A stretch of 63,844 nt of DNA, filler included, from Collodictyon triciliatum (Eukaryota), in NCBI GenBank assembly GCA_043381765.1. It is 5 parts of 5 records of this genome, joined end to end, with 100 filler letters (N's around TTAATTAATTAA, not from the genome) between each part and the next. Parts side by side here need not be neighbours in the genome. Positions count along the whole stretch, not along the records: positions 44,903 to 60,442 come from JBHJMP010000438.1; 4 more parts are not named here. One strand, 5' to 3'. A program made the position numbers and the translations under genes. The notes beneath the pieces were generated by a model. That model saw only the letters and a list, made by a program, of their open reading frames with translations, was not told the origin of the DNA and made no database searches. Shown piece after piece: positions 44,903 to 58,969 of this stretch; positions within the stretch are counted from its first letter, which is position 1, and each line of letters starts with the position of its first letter.

Positions 44903-45800
44903 GGAAATATGGGTTCCTCTTCAGAATCCTCGCACTCGAGCCATCCATCGCCAACACCGGACAAGCCCGCACATCGCAAGACCCAAGAGCAGCGCATCTC
45001 CAAACCCCGAAAGAAAATCCCCTTAAACTACCCATTCAGGCTGACGTGAATATGGTTAGCATAGGAGGCATCAAGGTAGTCTTCGTTACTTATCCGAAAG
45101 GATACTCCAAAGCGAAGGCAACACAAGAACCAGCGCCCACCAAAGATAGCCCGTTTATCCCTGTCCCAAACCGTCGCACCGAGAACCAAGGAGCAAGAGC
45201 AAACAGCACAAGTCGAATACAAGCTTGGAACTTCACACACCAAAGACAGTCCGAGCAAGCAGGAGCGTATGTTTGTAAAACCACAAACGCGTATCCATTC
45301 TCCGGTTAAGCAAAGTCCACTGCCGGCTACGCATCGTTCCGAAACCAGGGGACGGTCAAGCGCCACTTCCGATAATACCAAACAAACAACGATGTATCGC
45401 TTTTTGTCTGAGTTGCCCAGCAAGAAACGCAAGGAAAGTGCCCCGTTGTCCCCTCAAAAGATTCATCCTGTGGAATGAAATAGGATGTAAACCCTTGTCT
45501 GAGATAATGGTTGAATGGACTCGTCGGAATCGATTTTTGAGAAGTAACTGCCATGTGCATATTTTCATCGACCCGACAACTTTATCCGCTCTTCTTTCAG
45601 TCTCGAATACAACCAGAAACCGCGTTGGAGCTGATTCACCTCGGGTAGAATAGTCTGTGTGTGAGAACACTTTCTCTCCTTTCTATTTTCTTTTTCTTTT
45701 TCTTTATCTTTTTCTTTTTCTTTCCACCCAAAACACAAAATCTCCAACCACACAATCCGGGGTTTTCCACTGTCTCGTCCACAGCTCATTTTTGTCTTAG
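44903..45800 (+). mobile_element. 3' part of a dispersed LINE-ORF1-like element (5'-truncated by the contig end)
   Basis: Colinear with the reverse complement of about 57117-57995 (shared MNMVSIGGIKVVFVTYPKGYSKAKATQEPAPTKDSPF), with substitutions and small indels. Confidence 0.75.
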
Positions 45801-46277
45801 TTGCAATATATATTTTTCGATTCGTTTTTTTTTTTATCTTGGCATACTAATGAAATGAAACAAAAAAAAAGAATGAAACTAAAAAAAAAAGGAACAAAAA
45901 AAAAAAAAAAAAAAGAGCCCTGTCGTCTACACCGCAGGTTTTGGGTTCATTGGTTCCCTCCGCCCTTTCCCTTTGGCAGCCAAAAATGTTTCATTCCACG
46001 AAAAGGCAACGCAGCGAAAACAAAGAAGCAGCGCACATGAATCCACTTCTCGAAATGCAGATACACTTCGCAAGCGAAGCCCAGAAGCCTTCACACACGA
46101 TCGAGCAGCGGTGGAAAAGTTGATCGCCCGTCAGAGAGAACCATACCAGATCACTCTATAAACTGTGCTTTCGTGGAGACACTCTTTTGAAATGGCGTCC
46201 ACATTTCCCTCTATATTACTTTTGCATATTTTTGGTGGTTTTTTTTTCATTTTTATTCCTTTTTTTTTATTTTCTGT

Positions 46278-46323
<46 letters not shown>

Positions 46324-46419
46324 TTCCTTTTTTTTTTTTTTTAGTTCTTTTTATTGTTTACATTTCTCTCGCTACTGCGCCTTCTTCTAACGAGGCTAAA
46401 GATTTCTTAAGGCCAAAGG

Positions 46420-46575
46420 ATGGGAAATCAAGAGTCTCGAGCCAACTCGACACCGACCACTGCGGCCCACTCTAACTCTGCGGCTTCGGATCGCTCTCCA
46501 CACACCCACAAAGTCTGGTCCGTCACCCATTCGCCAGCGGCAGTCCTCATTATTCACGGTACCTGTTCTTTTCTT

Positions 46576-46614
<39 letters not shown>

Positions 46615-46821
46615 NNNNNNNNNNNNNNNNNNNNNNNNNNNNNNNNNNNNNNNNNNNNNNNNNNNNNNNNNNNNNNNNNNNNNNNNNNNNNNNNNNNNNN
46701 NNNNNNNNNNNNNNTTCAAGTTCTCCAACACAAGTCTTTCCTGCGCTCACGTCTCTGGACGAAACTCTCTCCCCTGTTTAGTACTTGCATTTGGAATGAA
46801 CTGTGTTGCTTTCTTCTCTTT

Positions 46822-46902
<81 letters not shown>

Positions 46903-47982
46903 TACATGTTATGTACGGATCGAAAGCGACGAAGGTTGCAATACCCATGAAAGTATGATCCTAAGAGAATGAATACAGATGAACGATTTCATTACAACAC
47001 CCTACATTAAGAAAAATAAAAGCAGTTTAGCTAAACAAACAATTTTTACTTTGTCATGTCAGTCAACGATTATGAGTTCGACATCAAGGAACTGTTTGGT
47101 ATGTTCCATAATTATTTTTTTTGTATTTTATTTATCTATTTTCCACGAGCAAAAATAATAATGATTTTTATATAAAAACAAACCAACAAACTTTTAATTG
47201 AATTCAGACCATGGAGACCCTTATCTTATCTTTACTGTTGGCTTGGACTCGTACCGAACAAAGATTCTTCCAACTGGCCACAAGAAGTCCTTCTCAGTTA
47301 GGATGTACGTGGACCTTTTTCCAAACCTGAAAAGAGAGAAAGAAAGAAAACATCGTCTGCATATTTTTTTCATATCAGGAGGCTATAATCAAGTCACGTT
47401 TGTTTGACGTGGAAATCTATCATAGCCCGTTGAGCAACGAACAAAAAGAAATGCTCATGAAGGTGTCTCTCTATGACCACGACGTTCTTTCAAAGGATGA
47501 TTACCAGGGATCTGCTGAAGTATCCATCCAAGTAAGATAGAAAGAAAACAATTTTTTAAATACGCACTCCAAATCACGTACATATATGCATGCCAATAAC
47601 AAATAATACTGGATAAACAATAAAATTTAGGTCTTGAAACAACATCAGGGTAGCCCGTTTACATTTGAGTTCATCGATAAAAAATCCAAGGTTCGGTAAC
47701 ACATCTTATATCACAGCCAGTTAAAAGTGTATCTCATTTTCTAAAGCACGTCAGAAAATGGTAATATCATTAAGTAAATGTAATTTCCTTTTCTTTTTTT
47801 GTTTCGAAGCTTTATTTCTAAACCCAACACATACCTTTCATCTCAGTCCAAAGGAAGACTTTCGTCCAAAATCGAGTTCTTTGAAAAGGAGTGTATGTCC
47901 CTTTCTTTTTGTTTTCATGCAAAGAAAAAAAGATACTGAAAATTTTTCATTACCCCGAATAAGGAGGGATATACCATGATCA

Positions 47983-48067
<85 letters not shown>

Positions 48068-51000
48068 CTTGACTTTGATTTTGGGTTTATTAGTCCCTCG
48101 AGAGGTCATCCGTGGGTTTTGGAGCACTGCTTTTCATGCATTTGACGAAGATGGAAATGACCAACTCAGCTTGTATTGTTTTGTTGACTTTTTCTTTCTT
48201 ACCCCCTCATCCCCCAGATGACGTGTTTCTTATGTAGTATTTAATTGATTTAGAGCTGAATTCGAGTGTCTCTTGGAAGCTGTCGGGTCTCAGATTGGAT
48301 CAGAAGAAGCAGCAAAACTTGTTTTTTTCCTTTCCCCTTTTCATTTCGCTTCACTTGGATGACATTCTTTAATGATTTATGTTATATTATGTCTTACACT
48401 TTCTTTGAATGGAATGCACTGTGAAAACGGGCCTCCTTTGATAAGTTAACCTGATTAACAATTTTCTCAACTGAAAAGTATTTACTCACTCGCTATTGTT
48501 TTGCAGTTTAAAAAAGCTGATAAAGATGGAAGCGATACTCTCACGCTCACCGAGTTGGTTGATGCTCTTTGCCAAACTGGTTTGTCCAAGTTTTGAAATA
48601 TTTTGTTTTTAGAACGCTCGATATGATCTCGTAATTTCATCATTACTGTCTCTTACAAACCCGGTATTGAAATCTTCAATACTGCCCACAAGCTGAAGAA
48701 TCTCATCTGTACGTTACTCGCAATCCGTTTACTGAGAGTGAGCACGTCAACACTTTTGAGGGAATGATTAATATCATGATGATCGCACTGTCAGAGAATT
48801 TATCTCAATTCAGTATGTGAAAATCTTGTGAAATTATAATATTATCATCTCATTTTTAAAACATAGTGACATCTGCCAAATGTGATGGTTTACCTCTTTT
48901 TTATTTTACAATCTTTTGAAAGGAAAACAAATTAGTCAGATTTTACACATGTTCTTATATCACCTGATCTATTTATATGAACAGTTGTTGGTCATTATTT
49001 ATCTGAAGATGTTGCTAGACGCGGAAAGTTTTCAAGCTTTTCAGGAAGTGCCACTGAAGATACGGGATACGTTCATTGTATGAACAGAAAGGTATTTTTT
49101 TTCCATTTATTTGAATCTAACGAAGATTTTCTATTGTCATGTATACGTCAGACATATTCCATATTTTGATGACTAGCCTATCATTTTGTCGTGGTTAGTC
49201 GTGTGAAGTAAAGTCTTATTAAATATACTTAGACCAAGCGCGTTGAAGTTGAGGTAATTCCAACATACATCAAGATGGCCATGCGTGCGATGTATTCCAC
49301 TGCCTTAATTAAAGCTGGTAATTCTCGGACTGGAATCATTACACTTATAACTGAATCAGTGAGCGCCATAGTTGACCCATCGTTACGCCTACTCATATCG
49401 AGTCATATCCATTAGGTGTTGATGCATCCCGCGCAAAAAAAGTCTTGAATAAGATGACTGTTAGCTGTCGTTCCAAATATGACCATCCTGATAGCCGAAA
49501 GTGCTTCATTTTTTTTATTATTATTATTATAAATACATATAAAGAGAAGGTTCAAATAGAGCATATGGAGAAATATCTTTTACTTGATTTTAAATTCAAA
49601 AATGTATGAATGTAATCAGGGACATTAAGCCGTTCATCAAACTCCACAATTTGGACCCTGCTGACTTTGAAATTGAAGACATCTCACAATTCAAGGTATT
49701 GTGACCCGTTTTACATAATTCAAATCAAAGTTGAATCTTGCAAATATTTTTTTAAAACCCATATCAACCTAAACACTAACATAATATATTTGTTTCTTTT
49801 CTTTCGATTTTTCCCTTTATTTTTATTTGCCATCAAGAATTTCAACGAGTTCTTTTATCGGAAACTGAAGCCATCTGTGCGCCCACTATTCCAGCCTGAA
49901 AATGACGTGATTTTTTTTTTTTTTACTATATTTAAGTAGTGTCGGGTGTTGTTGCACTTTAGTTGGCGTTAATTCTTGTGTAAATATTGATACTACCAAA
50001 CACTCCTATGATCTAATATATTGCAACCATGCTCAGGAATATGCCGTTTCCCCTGCTGATTGTAGATGTGTTGTTTTCCCGCATATCGCGCATTCCACCG
50101 CGTAATACCTGTCCCTAAATTGTTCAAGAAGCATTTATCATCATTTTGCATATATGAATTATTATTTTTAAAGTCAATCCTTTCAATATTTAGTTTCTGG
50201 ATTAAGGGCTCCAATTTCACTGTCCAAAATCTCTTGCAGGATACCGAGCTGGTTCAATTACTATATTTTCGATTAAACCTTATTTTGTAATACGATAAAA
50301 AAAAAGCATCTTGAAGATTATGCACGATATACGATTAATGTTTTAAAGTTCTTAATTATTCATGAACCATGCGGTATACATAAAATAATGCAGTCTAAGC
50401 TCTTTGAGGATGGGTCGTTGGTGATTTCGAGGCTGGCTCCTCAGGACTATCACAGATTCCACTCTCCCGTCAGCGGGAAAATCGAGTTCCGCAACGATAT
50501 TCCTGGGGAGTTCTATACGGTACGTAACTCACTGTCCTTTGCTCTTAGTTTATTTTTTATCCGCTTTCATTACCGGAGTTGACGTTGATTGCTGGTACGA
50601 ATTGGTTGACTACACTATTCTTATCATATCAAATATCTGGTGACTATTCGCCCACAATATTTCTACAGGTGAACCCCATCGCTATTCGCCAACCGTTCGA
50701 TGTATACACTGAAAACAGACGCCGCGTTGTTCTCATCCAAAGTCCTACTTTTGGAAAAGTAGCCTATGTCATCATTGGTAATGCTGTTTCTGTAATTTTT
50801 TAGAATCCTTTTTCGTGTCTATAATTGTGAGGATAACTTAGTTTTATGGAATATGAACCAAACTTGACAAATGTATAAGGTGCGACTATGGTGGGCTCGA
50901 TGGTTGTCACTGTTCAAAATGATGCTCATATTAAAAAGTGGGGTTTCTTTAATCGATTCTTTCATGCATATATAATTGTTTTCATATATATACTTGGTTG

Positions 51001-51301
51001 GGACCTTTAAATATTTTTTTTATTCTAAAACCCTAATCTTACTCTGCAGAGGTGACGAAATTGGTTACTTTGCTTTTGGTGGCTCAACCATTATCACAAT
51101 ATTCGAGAGAAATCGTATCGTCTTCGACGATGACTTATTGGAGAACAGCCGAAAGGTTTTTCTTTTGTTTATTTTAATAAACATCACTTTTTCTTTCCTG
51201 AGCTTCATTTAACGCGTCATGCCATTAATCTAAACGCCGTTTACCAGCCTCTCGAAACACTGATTCTCGTCAAGGATGGGCTTGGCAGGGCGAAGCATTA
51301 A
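46420..51301 (+). CDS. PSD2: Phosphatidylserine decarboxylase proenzyme, PSD2-type, with C2 and EF-hand domains
   Basis: C2 (DPYLIF...[14 protein letters not shown]), EF hands ([18 protein letters not shown]), [41 protein letters not shown] autocleavage motif, ends ...GRAKH-TAA. Confidence 0.93.
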
Positions 51302-52423
51302 AAAAAAAAAAAAAAGAAGAAGAAAAGCACAACAAATTGATATCACACACCAAATCGAGTGGAAAAAGAAAAAACGAAGGCCTAATGGATTCGCAAGAAT
51401 AAAACAAAATCCATCACTTTCACTTTCTTGCAGATTGAAAACTTATAACAAAATGGCCTATTTACGAATAGGATTCTCTCCCGACTTTCATGGACTTTTT
51501 CGTTTTGGTAAGAAAACCCAATGGACATTTGATTGCAAACCAGCAGTAGTGGTAGATAGCACGACACAGGAAGAAAATTTTTTTCTAATGGGGCATATCA
51601 CTAAGGAATCCTGCAAGTCCTTCCCAAATCATCGCTTTCTAACACTGAGTACCTCCAATGGTTGTCGGGAAGTAAACCAAGAGTAGCAGAAGATGTATTC
51701 GCGAAGGACACGACGGAGCAAACAGACAAAAGGCAAAATGACGCGTATGGGCATGGAGGATTCAAATATTTTATTTATTTATGGAATTTATAATTATTAT
51801 ATATTTTATCGTAGTATCATACGATTATATTGTCCTTAGTAGTTTAATTACGTCATATTTATGTAATTTAATTATATTATCAATTTTTTAATATTCCACA
51901 TATGTTATTTCCATATGTATCTTAAAATTCAAAAACATAAACACTCCTTTAAGATAAACCAGTATTGCTCCCACGCGTTTATTAATGCAATATCTAGCCT
52001 CATTTTCACACTTGAGCCCATCCATGAATATCATCAAAACAAGTCTAGCTTAGAACACTACAAAACAACTGAGAACGCACGGCAAAACTCGAACGTTGAA
52101 ACATTCGAACGCAAATCCAACAACAAAGAGACGCTCGCACACACAACAAACACTTTCCAGGAGCATAAAATCCCAGCAACTCTGGCCCAACAATCCCTCA
52201 GCGCCACATGATTGCATTCAAACATTCAAGCCATTCTGCACTGAAGCACCCTGAACCAACTAAACAAGGAAGCCCCAAAGGCTCATCCCCAGTGGCAGGA
52301 CATCACTAACCTCTAAACACCACATAGAGCCAGCATCTCCACAGCGGAGGCGTCCCTAACCAAAAAGAAGGGAAACAAAGAAACTCTACTCGAAGCCGCA
52401 CACAACCAACATATTAATCCGCC

Positions 52424-54152
52424 ATGAACGTAAGCCAAACCCACACTGCCCGCCAGACCATACCTCTCTATCATTTTACTACCACCAATGAGAAAAATAT
52501 CAAGCAAGGAATTATAAAAGGCTAAAGGCTGCAAAATCTAATAAGCAAATCCCCGCCCTTGTACTCCATTCCTCCCTCGCTCATCCAATACCCACCGCCA
52601 AAACTACAGCACCTGCACAGCCGCAACCCAACCAACGAAAACAGCCACCATGCAAACCTACTCTTCTCCAAAAGCGCCAAACACCCGGAGACTCTCGCCC
52701 CGGCCGCCGTCCAACGCCGCCCCCTCTCGAACATGGCCAACATCACGCAAGGCTCGCGTATCCCGCAGCCGCAGATGAAGAAGGAGTCCATCGGCCAGCT
52801 CAACACAAACTCTGTTTCTGCGCAGCCGACTATTTGCCCTCCTCCTCAGCAACAGCAACAAAAGCCGTTTCACATTAACATAGTCCACACAGGCTTCTCT
52901 GCCTTCCCGACAGAGACTCAATCCACGCTGCTCATGACGGCCGATCCCCGCACGTCAGGCGCAGTCTCAGTCCCGGTCCCAGTCTTCGCCCCGGCTGCGC
53001 GCATCCCCGAGCCAGACTCTGCCATGGACATTGAGTTCCATGACCTGTCGCAGACAGCAGACTTTGCCGATGATGTTGTGGACATTGACGAGGACGATGG
53101 CGCGAACGAGCTCATGGCTGCGGAGTACGTCCACGACATATACGAATGGTCCTTCCAGCGTGAGGTATGGTTGACTCTGACGTCTTTGACATTGTCACAC
53201 TCTTCCACTCTACTCAGAAGTAGGTCTCTCTAATCAAATCGCCGTCTGATGCGAGAGCCGCACCTGCTTTTCATCCTACTTGTGTCTCACTCATTCCTGC
53301 TGCAGGTTGCCATCAGACCAGACCCCGACTACATGAGCCGCCAGCGAGAAGCTACTGCACGCATGCGCGCAATCACCATTGACTGGCTCATTGACGTCCA
53401 CAGCGAACTCAGCATGAACACAGACACCATCTTCCTCTGCATCAAGCTCATGGATATGTATCTGACCCGCGTCTCTGTAAGTCCACACACCATCCGCCCC
53501 ATCATTCCACTTTCACATCTGCACGGATGTATCACATATCATGATGTGTTTTGTATGTATTTATATACGTTCTAACAATTGTTCATCATCACTGCATCAG
53601 GTTGAACGCCGTCGTCTGCAACTCGTGGCCGTCACGTGCATGCTGATTGCATCGAAAGTGGAGGAGATATACAGCCCCAGTGTGAATGACTTTGTGGGAT
53701 ACTGCGACTCGGCCTACACCCACGCTCAAATCCTGGACATGGAGCGCGAGGTTCTCAACACCCTCGAGTTCAACGTGACGCATCCGACCCCAATCTACTT
53801 CCTTCGCCGCTTTGTGAAGGCCATCGACGGGGACACGGAGCTGAAGCACATGGCCTGCTACTTCATGGAGCTCATGACGCTGGACTACACCATGCTGAGA
53901 CACACTCCCTCCAAGATTGCTGCCTTGGCCCTCTTCCTGGCCAACCAGCTCACCCACACGAATGCTGTCTGGGACCGGACCATGGAGCATTATTCCCGCT
54001 ACTCGGCCCGCGAGTTGGAGGCTGCTGTTGGAGACGTAAAAGCCCTTGTCCGCAATGAAAGCTCCTCCACTCTTCGCTCGGTTTCGCGCAAGTATGAATC
54101 GGCCAAGTTCACAAAGGCGACCCTGCGCGTCCGTGCGAAAATCGGCGCTTAA
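52424..54152 (+). CDS. Mitotic (B/A-type) cyclin
   Basis: MN|HLHSRN start, D-box RRPLSNMAN, cyclin box MRAITIDWLIDVH and LQLVAVTCMLIASKVEEIYSP; three GT-AG introns. Confidence 0.93.
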
Positions 54153-54785
54153 TCATCGCTGTCTGTGACTCTTTGACCTGCGCTTGGACGAATCAAGTCG
54201 TGCCCATAACCGTCCATTCTCTTCACTTGTCACTCATTCTTCCACTACCCCCCTCTGATATCTGATTCACAATGAGCGTCTGCATCGCAGAGCCAAGGGA
54301 AGCTGTGTGCGTTGTGGCTTCAGGTGGTCTGAATAAGACATCCACACCATATCCGCATCAAAGTCATCTCTTGTTCATCTTCTGTGTCCCTTCAGCCTTC
54401 CACACAACAAAATCCTGCCAAGGATGGCAAAAAACATGTACAAACCAAGAATAAAAGTCATATAGCAAAGAACGCATGAAATTACCCAGTCTTGCGATTT
54501 CTTCATCATCCTACTTGTCTCTCATGGCGCATTGAAAGCGAACCAATCCAGCGCTTGATATAGTAGCTCCGCGTTTTTGTCTTTAATGAGGATATCTCGA
54601 CAAGATTGAAATGTTCTCGTGGATGAGTGGAGTTGTATGGCTCGCAGCAGATGTGTGAGGCGGAGTGTGGTGGCCGGAAAGGTTGGGAGGTGGGAATGAG
54701 TTTGTGGGTGGTTTGTTTGGGGCATAGCACAAGGTGGTGGGTTCGGATTGGAAGTGTGGAGGAATGGTGTGTTCTTTTCTTCTTC

Positions 54786-55765
54786 TTAGGATTGTGGACT
54801 CATGATGATTGCGCCAGGAGGAAGATGCACGTCTGTGGCTGAGGGCCCGAGACCGTAGATGATTCCTTCATACCTGCCAGACGGATGTATCATGAGGAAA
54901 AAAAAGGTCAGTTAAAAAAAATCTATGAGCAAGAAAAGCGTGTGGATTCAAGAAAATCAAAACAAAAGCAGAACAATAATCCAGCAAAACACATTATATA
55001 GAGGTGCTTGGCAAAAACAAATGTAAACTTTTTTTTTTTTTGTAAAGATAGATGTAAAGTGGCGTGTTGGTGATTTACTTTGCCTCATCGACAACGCTAT
55101 CAAAATATGCGCTGCGAAACTTGAAGAATGTTCTGCTTGTGAGCAAACTGTCTGACCCAGCTTGGTGTTGTGGGCCGATTCTGTCCACCTATACATGATG
55201 TTATTGTGAAACGAGGTTGGGTGACAAAATAAGAATAAGAATAAGAACAAGTATAAGACTTAAAAATAAGAAAAAGAGAAAGAAAGCAATAGATGGGATA
55301 TATAAGCACATCAATTCATAGCATATTCAGATTATTGAATCATACATGAAGATCGAGAGCAAGGTCGTTCAAGCCTCCTTTGAGATGACGATGAAACTTC
55401 ATCATGTATTTCATATCATATATGGTCGGGAAGTATATCTTTAATATTTCAAAAAACTCCTTTTGCTCGGGGGGAAGGTTTCGGCCGATGAGCACTTTCA
55501 GCAGATACGCAAAATCATAACCACCATGGAATGATATCCATTTGACATCCTCATTCATGACAACGCCTGAGGTGGTAAAGACCTCTCCGAAATCGCTGGG
55601 GTCGATGCCATGTTCCTCAAAACGCTTAAAATCAATTCCAGAGCGCGTCAACAGCTCAATGGATTCTTGTGCGTACATGTCCTCACTACGTGATGAAGTA
55701 CGAAGTTAAACCCTGACTGCACAACGAGATTTTTATATAAGATTTATTCTACTTAAAAGTCACTT

Positions 55766-55835
<70 letters not shown>

Positions 55836-56406
55836 AGGAAAAAATTATTATTATTATTAAAAATGAAATCGAGATGGAGAGCTTGGTGAGGCGATTGAAA
55901 AAAAAAAAAGTAATACTTTAAGTTGAAGCGAAAGTTGAACTGCCATGTGCATGATTCGCGGCTTAAGTTCCCTTCCTTGTCGGAGAAGGTAATGCCCAGC
56001 TGAATGAGTTTTAAACTGTCCACATTCCATCTAAGTGACTGATACTGATAGTCAGCGTGGGTATGAAAAGTTCCTTGGGGACGGCCAACGATGCCAGGGA
56101 ATTCGGTGTCCTGTAAGCACATAAATGAATGAATGAATAAATGAACAAAGCAACACTTTGGTTCATGCACAGTGTTTGTTTCCTATTTTTTATGTTTTAT
56201 TTTATTTTATTTTTGGTTGGAAAGACCAAGGAAAAGAGAAAAAAAGGACACGTATATTAAAGTTGCTTCAAGGTTTTGCTTACGACGGAGACGAAGGTGT
56301 AGTCCCCGGCGACTTTGCGGATGATTTCCATCTCCTTTGCCAGATTGGAGGCCCAAACCTCGCGGATGATCGGTGCGCCGTAATGCCCAGAATCTCCAAG
56401 CTGCAT
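54786..56406 (-). CDS. CAF1: CCR4-NOT deadenylase subunit CAF1/POP2 (CNOT7/8)
   Basis: [66 protein letters not shown]. Confidence 0.96.
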
Positions 56407-57116
56407 CGCCCACGATCTCGTTCCTGGAAGGATGGCCCGTTCAAATAATAGAGGAATCGTCCATAACGAAGGAGGGTAGGAACGAAATAGACAGAAAAAA
56501 AGAAAAAAGAACGAGAAAAATAGAAAGAAAAATAGAAAGAAAAATAGAAAGAAAAATAGAAAGAAAAATAGAAAGAAAAATAGAAAGAAAAAGAAAGAGA
56601 GAAAGAGAGAAAGAGAAAAATAGAAAAATAGAAAGAAAAAGAAAGAAAAAGAAAGAAAAAGAGAAAGGATCAATAAAACTATGCTTCCAATAGCTTTTGA
56701 CAGTGGCAAGCGATGCAGGCTCTTCAAACAGAAGCTTAAATTACGCGCAGGTTATGCGTTGATCACATGTGAGTTTATGTTGCCGATTGATCTCATTTCA
56801 TTCATTCTTTATTTCCTCTGCAAGCGCGCAGGGAACCACCTACTCACCAACGCCCACGCAGCAGATTTGCGCTTTCCGATATTTCTTGGCTAAAATCTTC
56901 CGACAAATTTTATTTTCCAAGTAAGGCATGATTGAAATGCAACTTAGGCACAGGTCGGAAACTACAGAGCGATTTATTTATTTCGATAAGCGGGAGCAAA
57001 CATCACACGCAGAGTCCTTCCTTGTGCCTTGGCTCAGAGAAGTATGCTACATGTTTCAACTTCATGAAGAATTTTGCATTGATGGAAAGAAAAGCCAAGA
57101 AAACCGTCTTCGCCTC

Positions 57117-58790
57117 TAGGACAAAAATAAGCTGTGGACGAGACAGTGCAAACCTTGGATTGTGTGGTTGGAGTCTTTGTGTTATGGGTGGAAAAGAAAA
57201 AGATAAAAAGAAGATAGAAAGGAGAGAAAGTGCTCTCACACGCAGACTATTCTACCCGAGGTGAATCAGCTCCAACGCGATTTCTGGTTGTATTCGAGAC
57301 TGACAGAAGAGCGGATAGAGTTGTCGGGTCGATGAAAGTACGCACATGGCAGTTACTTTGAAAATCGATTCCGACGAGTCCTTTCAACCGTCTATCTCAG
57401 ACAAGATTTACATTCTATTTCATTCCACTGGATGAGTCTTTTGAGGGGACAACGGGTCACTTTCCTTGTGTTTCTTGCTGGGCAACTCTGTCAAAAAGCG
57501 ATACATCGTTGTTTGTCTGGAATTATCGAAAGTGGCGTTTGTCCGTCCCCTGGTTTCGGAACCATGCGTAGCCGGCAGTGGACTTTGCTTAACCGGAGTA
57601 TGGATACGCGTTTATGGTTTTACAAACATACGCTCCTGCTTGCTCGGACTGTCTTTGGTGTGTAAAATCCCAGGCTTGGATTCGGCTTGTGCTGTTTGCT
57701 CTTGCTCCTTGGTTCTCGGCGCGACGGGCTGGGGCAGGGTAAACGGACTATCTTTGGTGGGTGCTGGTTCTTGTGTCGCCTTCGCTTTGGAGTATCCTTT
57801 CGGATAAGTAACGAAGACTACCTTGATGCCTCCTATGCTAACCATATTCATGTCTGTCTGAATGGATAGTTTAAGAAGATTTCTTTCGGGGTTTGGAGAT
57901 GTGCTGCTCTTAGGTCTTGCGATGTACTGGCTTGTCTGGTGTTGGCGGTGGAGGGCTTGAGTGCGGGGATTCTGAAGAGGAACCGAGATTTTCTTCCATG
58001 TCATCATCGCTGTCGCTGTATGCGCGTATCTGCTGTGAGTCTTGCGTAATCTGTTGTTGCCTGGCCTTGGCTTCCTTGACCCCGTTGCTGCTTGTCTGCT
58101 TGGTGCGTGTATTCTTTTGTGGGATTTTACTTGTCGTTCGTTGTTCGCAACTGGCGGACGCTCTTTGAGGATGCTTTGGACTTTTTTGCCCATGACCGTA
58201 AACTTTGCAGGGAGCTGGTTCTTATGGCAAAGAGGCTTCACCACGGCCGTGTCTGTGAAGAAGCCTTTTGTCCTTTTTGATATCCACGTGGGTCGGTCTG
58301 AACGGCTTCAGTCCCTCACGAAGGAGTTGCGGCCACACGTCCAGCGGTAGTTGGTAGAGCATCACCGAGGTCTCTGTTGGTCTACCTCTGCTGAAGCTGC
58401 TTATCGGTCAAACTTAACTGCTTCAGTTCCAGAAGCTTTCGGGCGTTTTCTGCAGTGCGGAAGGCGATCAGGCAAAGGCCTTCGCTGTCTGGTAAGCGCA
58501 GTTGGATGTACTCTTCCCAAAGTTTGTTCGCTTTCAAGAAGGAGGCGAGCGCATCTGTTAGCCTGCGGGCCTTGTTCTTGTTGTAAACGACTTGCTCGAC
58601 CCCGTGCAAAAATACTGTCCGCTCAGACAGACTTGCAGGCGGCTTCCTTGCACGGTCTTCCTAGACTTGCGTACAACTTGGGGGTTTCCGCACCAGCGTT
58701 GGAACCAGAAGAATGGCTGCAACTTGCGAAACGTTCTAAATATTTTGGCTGGTGTATTCTATCAAGTGCGGTTAGTCCTAGTTGTTAATG
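57117..58790 (-). mobile_element. Degenerate non-LTR retrotransposon ORF1-like element (RRM-type); no ORF2 visible
   Basis: Intronless, broken frames: RTVFLHGV...GLCLIAFRTAENARKLL, then SVMLYQLPLDVWPQLLREGLKPF...GFFTDTAVV...LPAKFTVMGKKV, resembling L1/Tx1 ORF1p. Frameshifts and stops; second copy at 44903-45800. Outer boundaries approximate. Confidence 0.6.
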
Positions 58791-58969
58791 AACAGTCTAC
58801 AAGTGAGTGATATAGCTCATAAAATCTATCATTAAATGAATAAAAATCTATCAATGTTGAGAAAAATTCTACGAACTGATGAGAAATAACGAAAAATAAT
58901 GCCATTTCCAATATTTCAATATATTTTGAGAGCATTATGCTTTATTTGGTGTTTGTTTCATCCTTTAAT

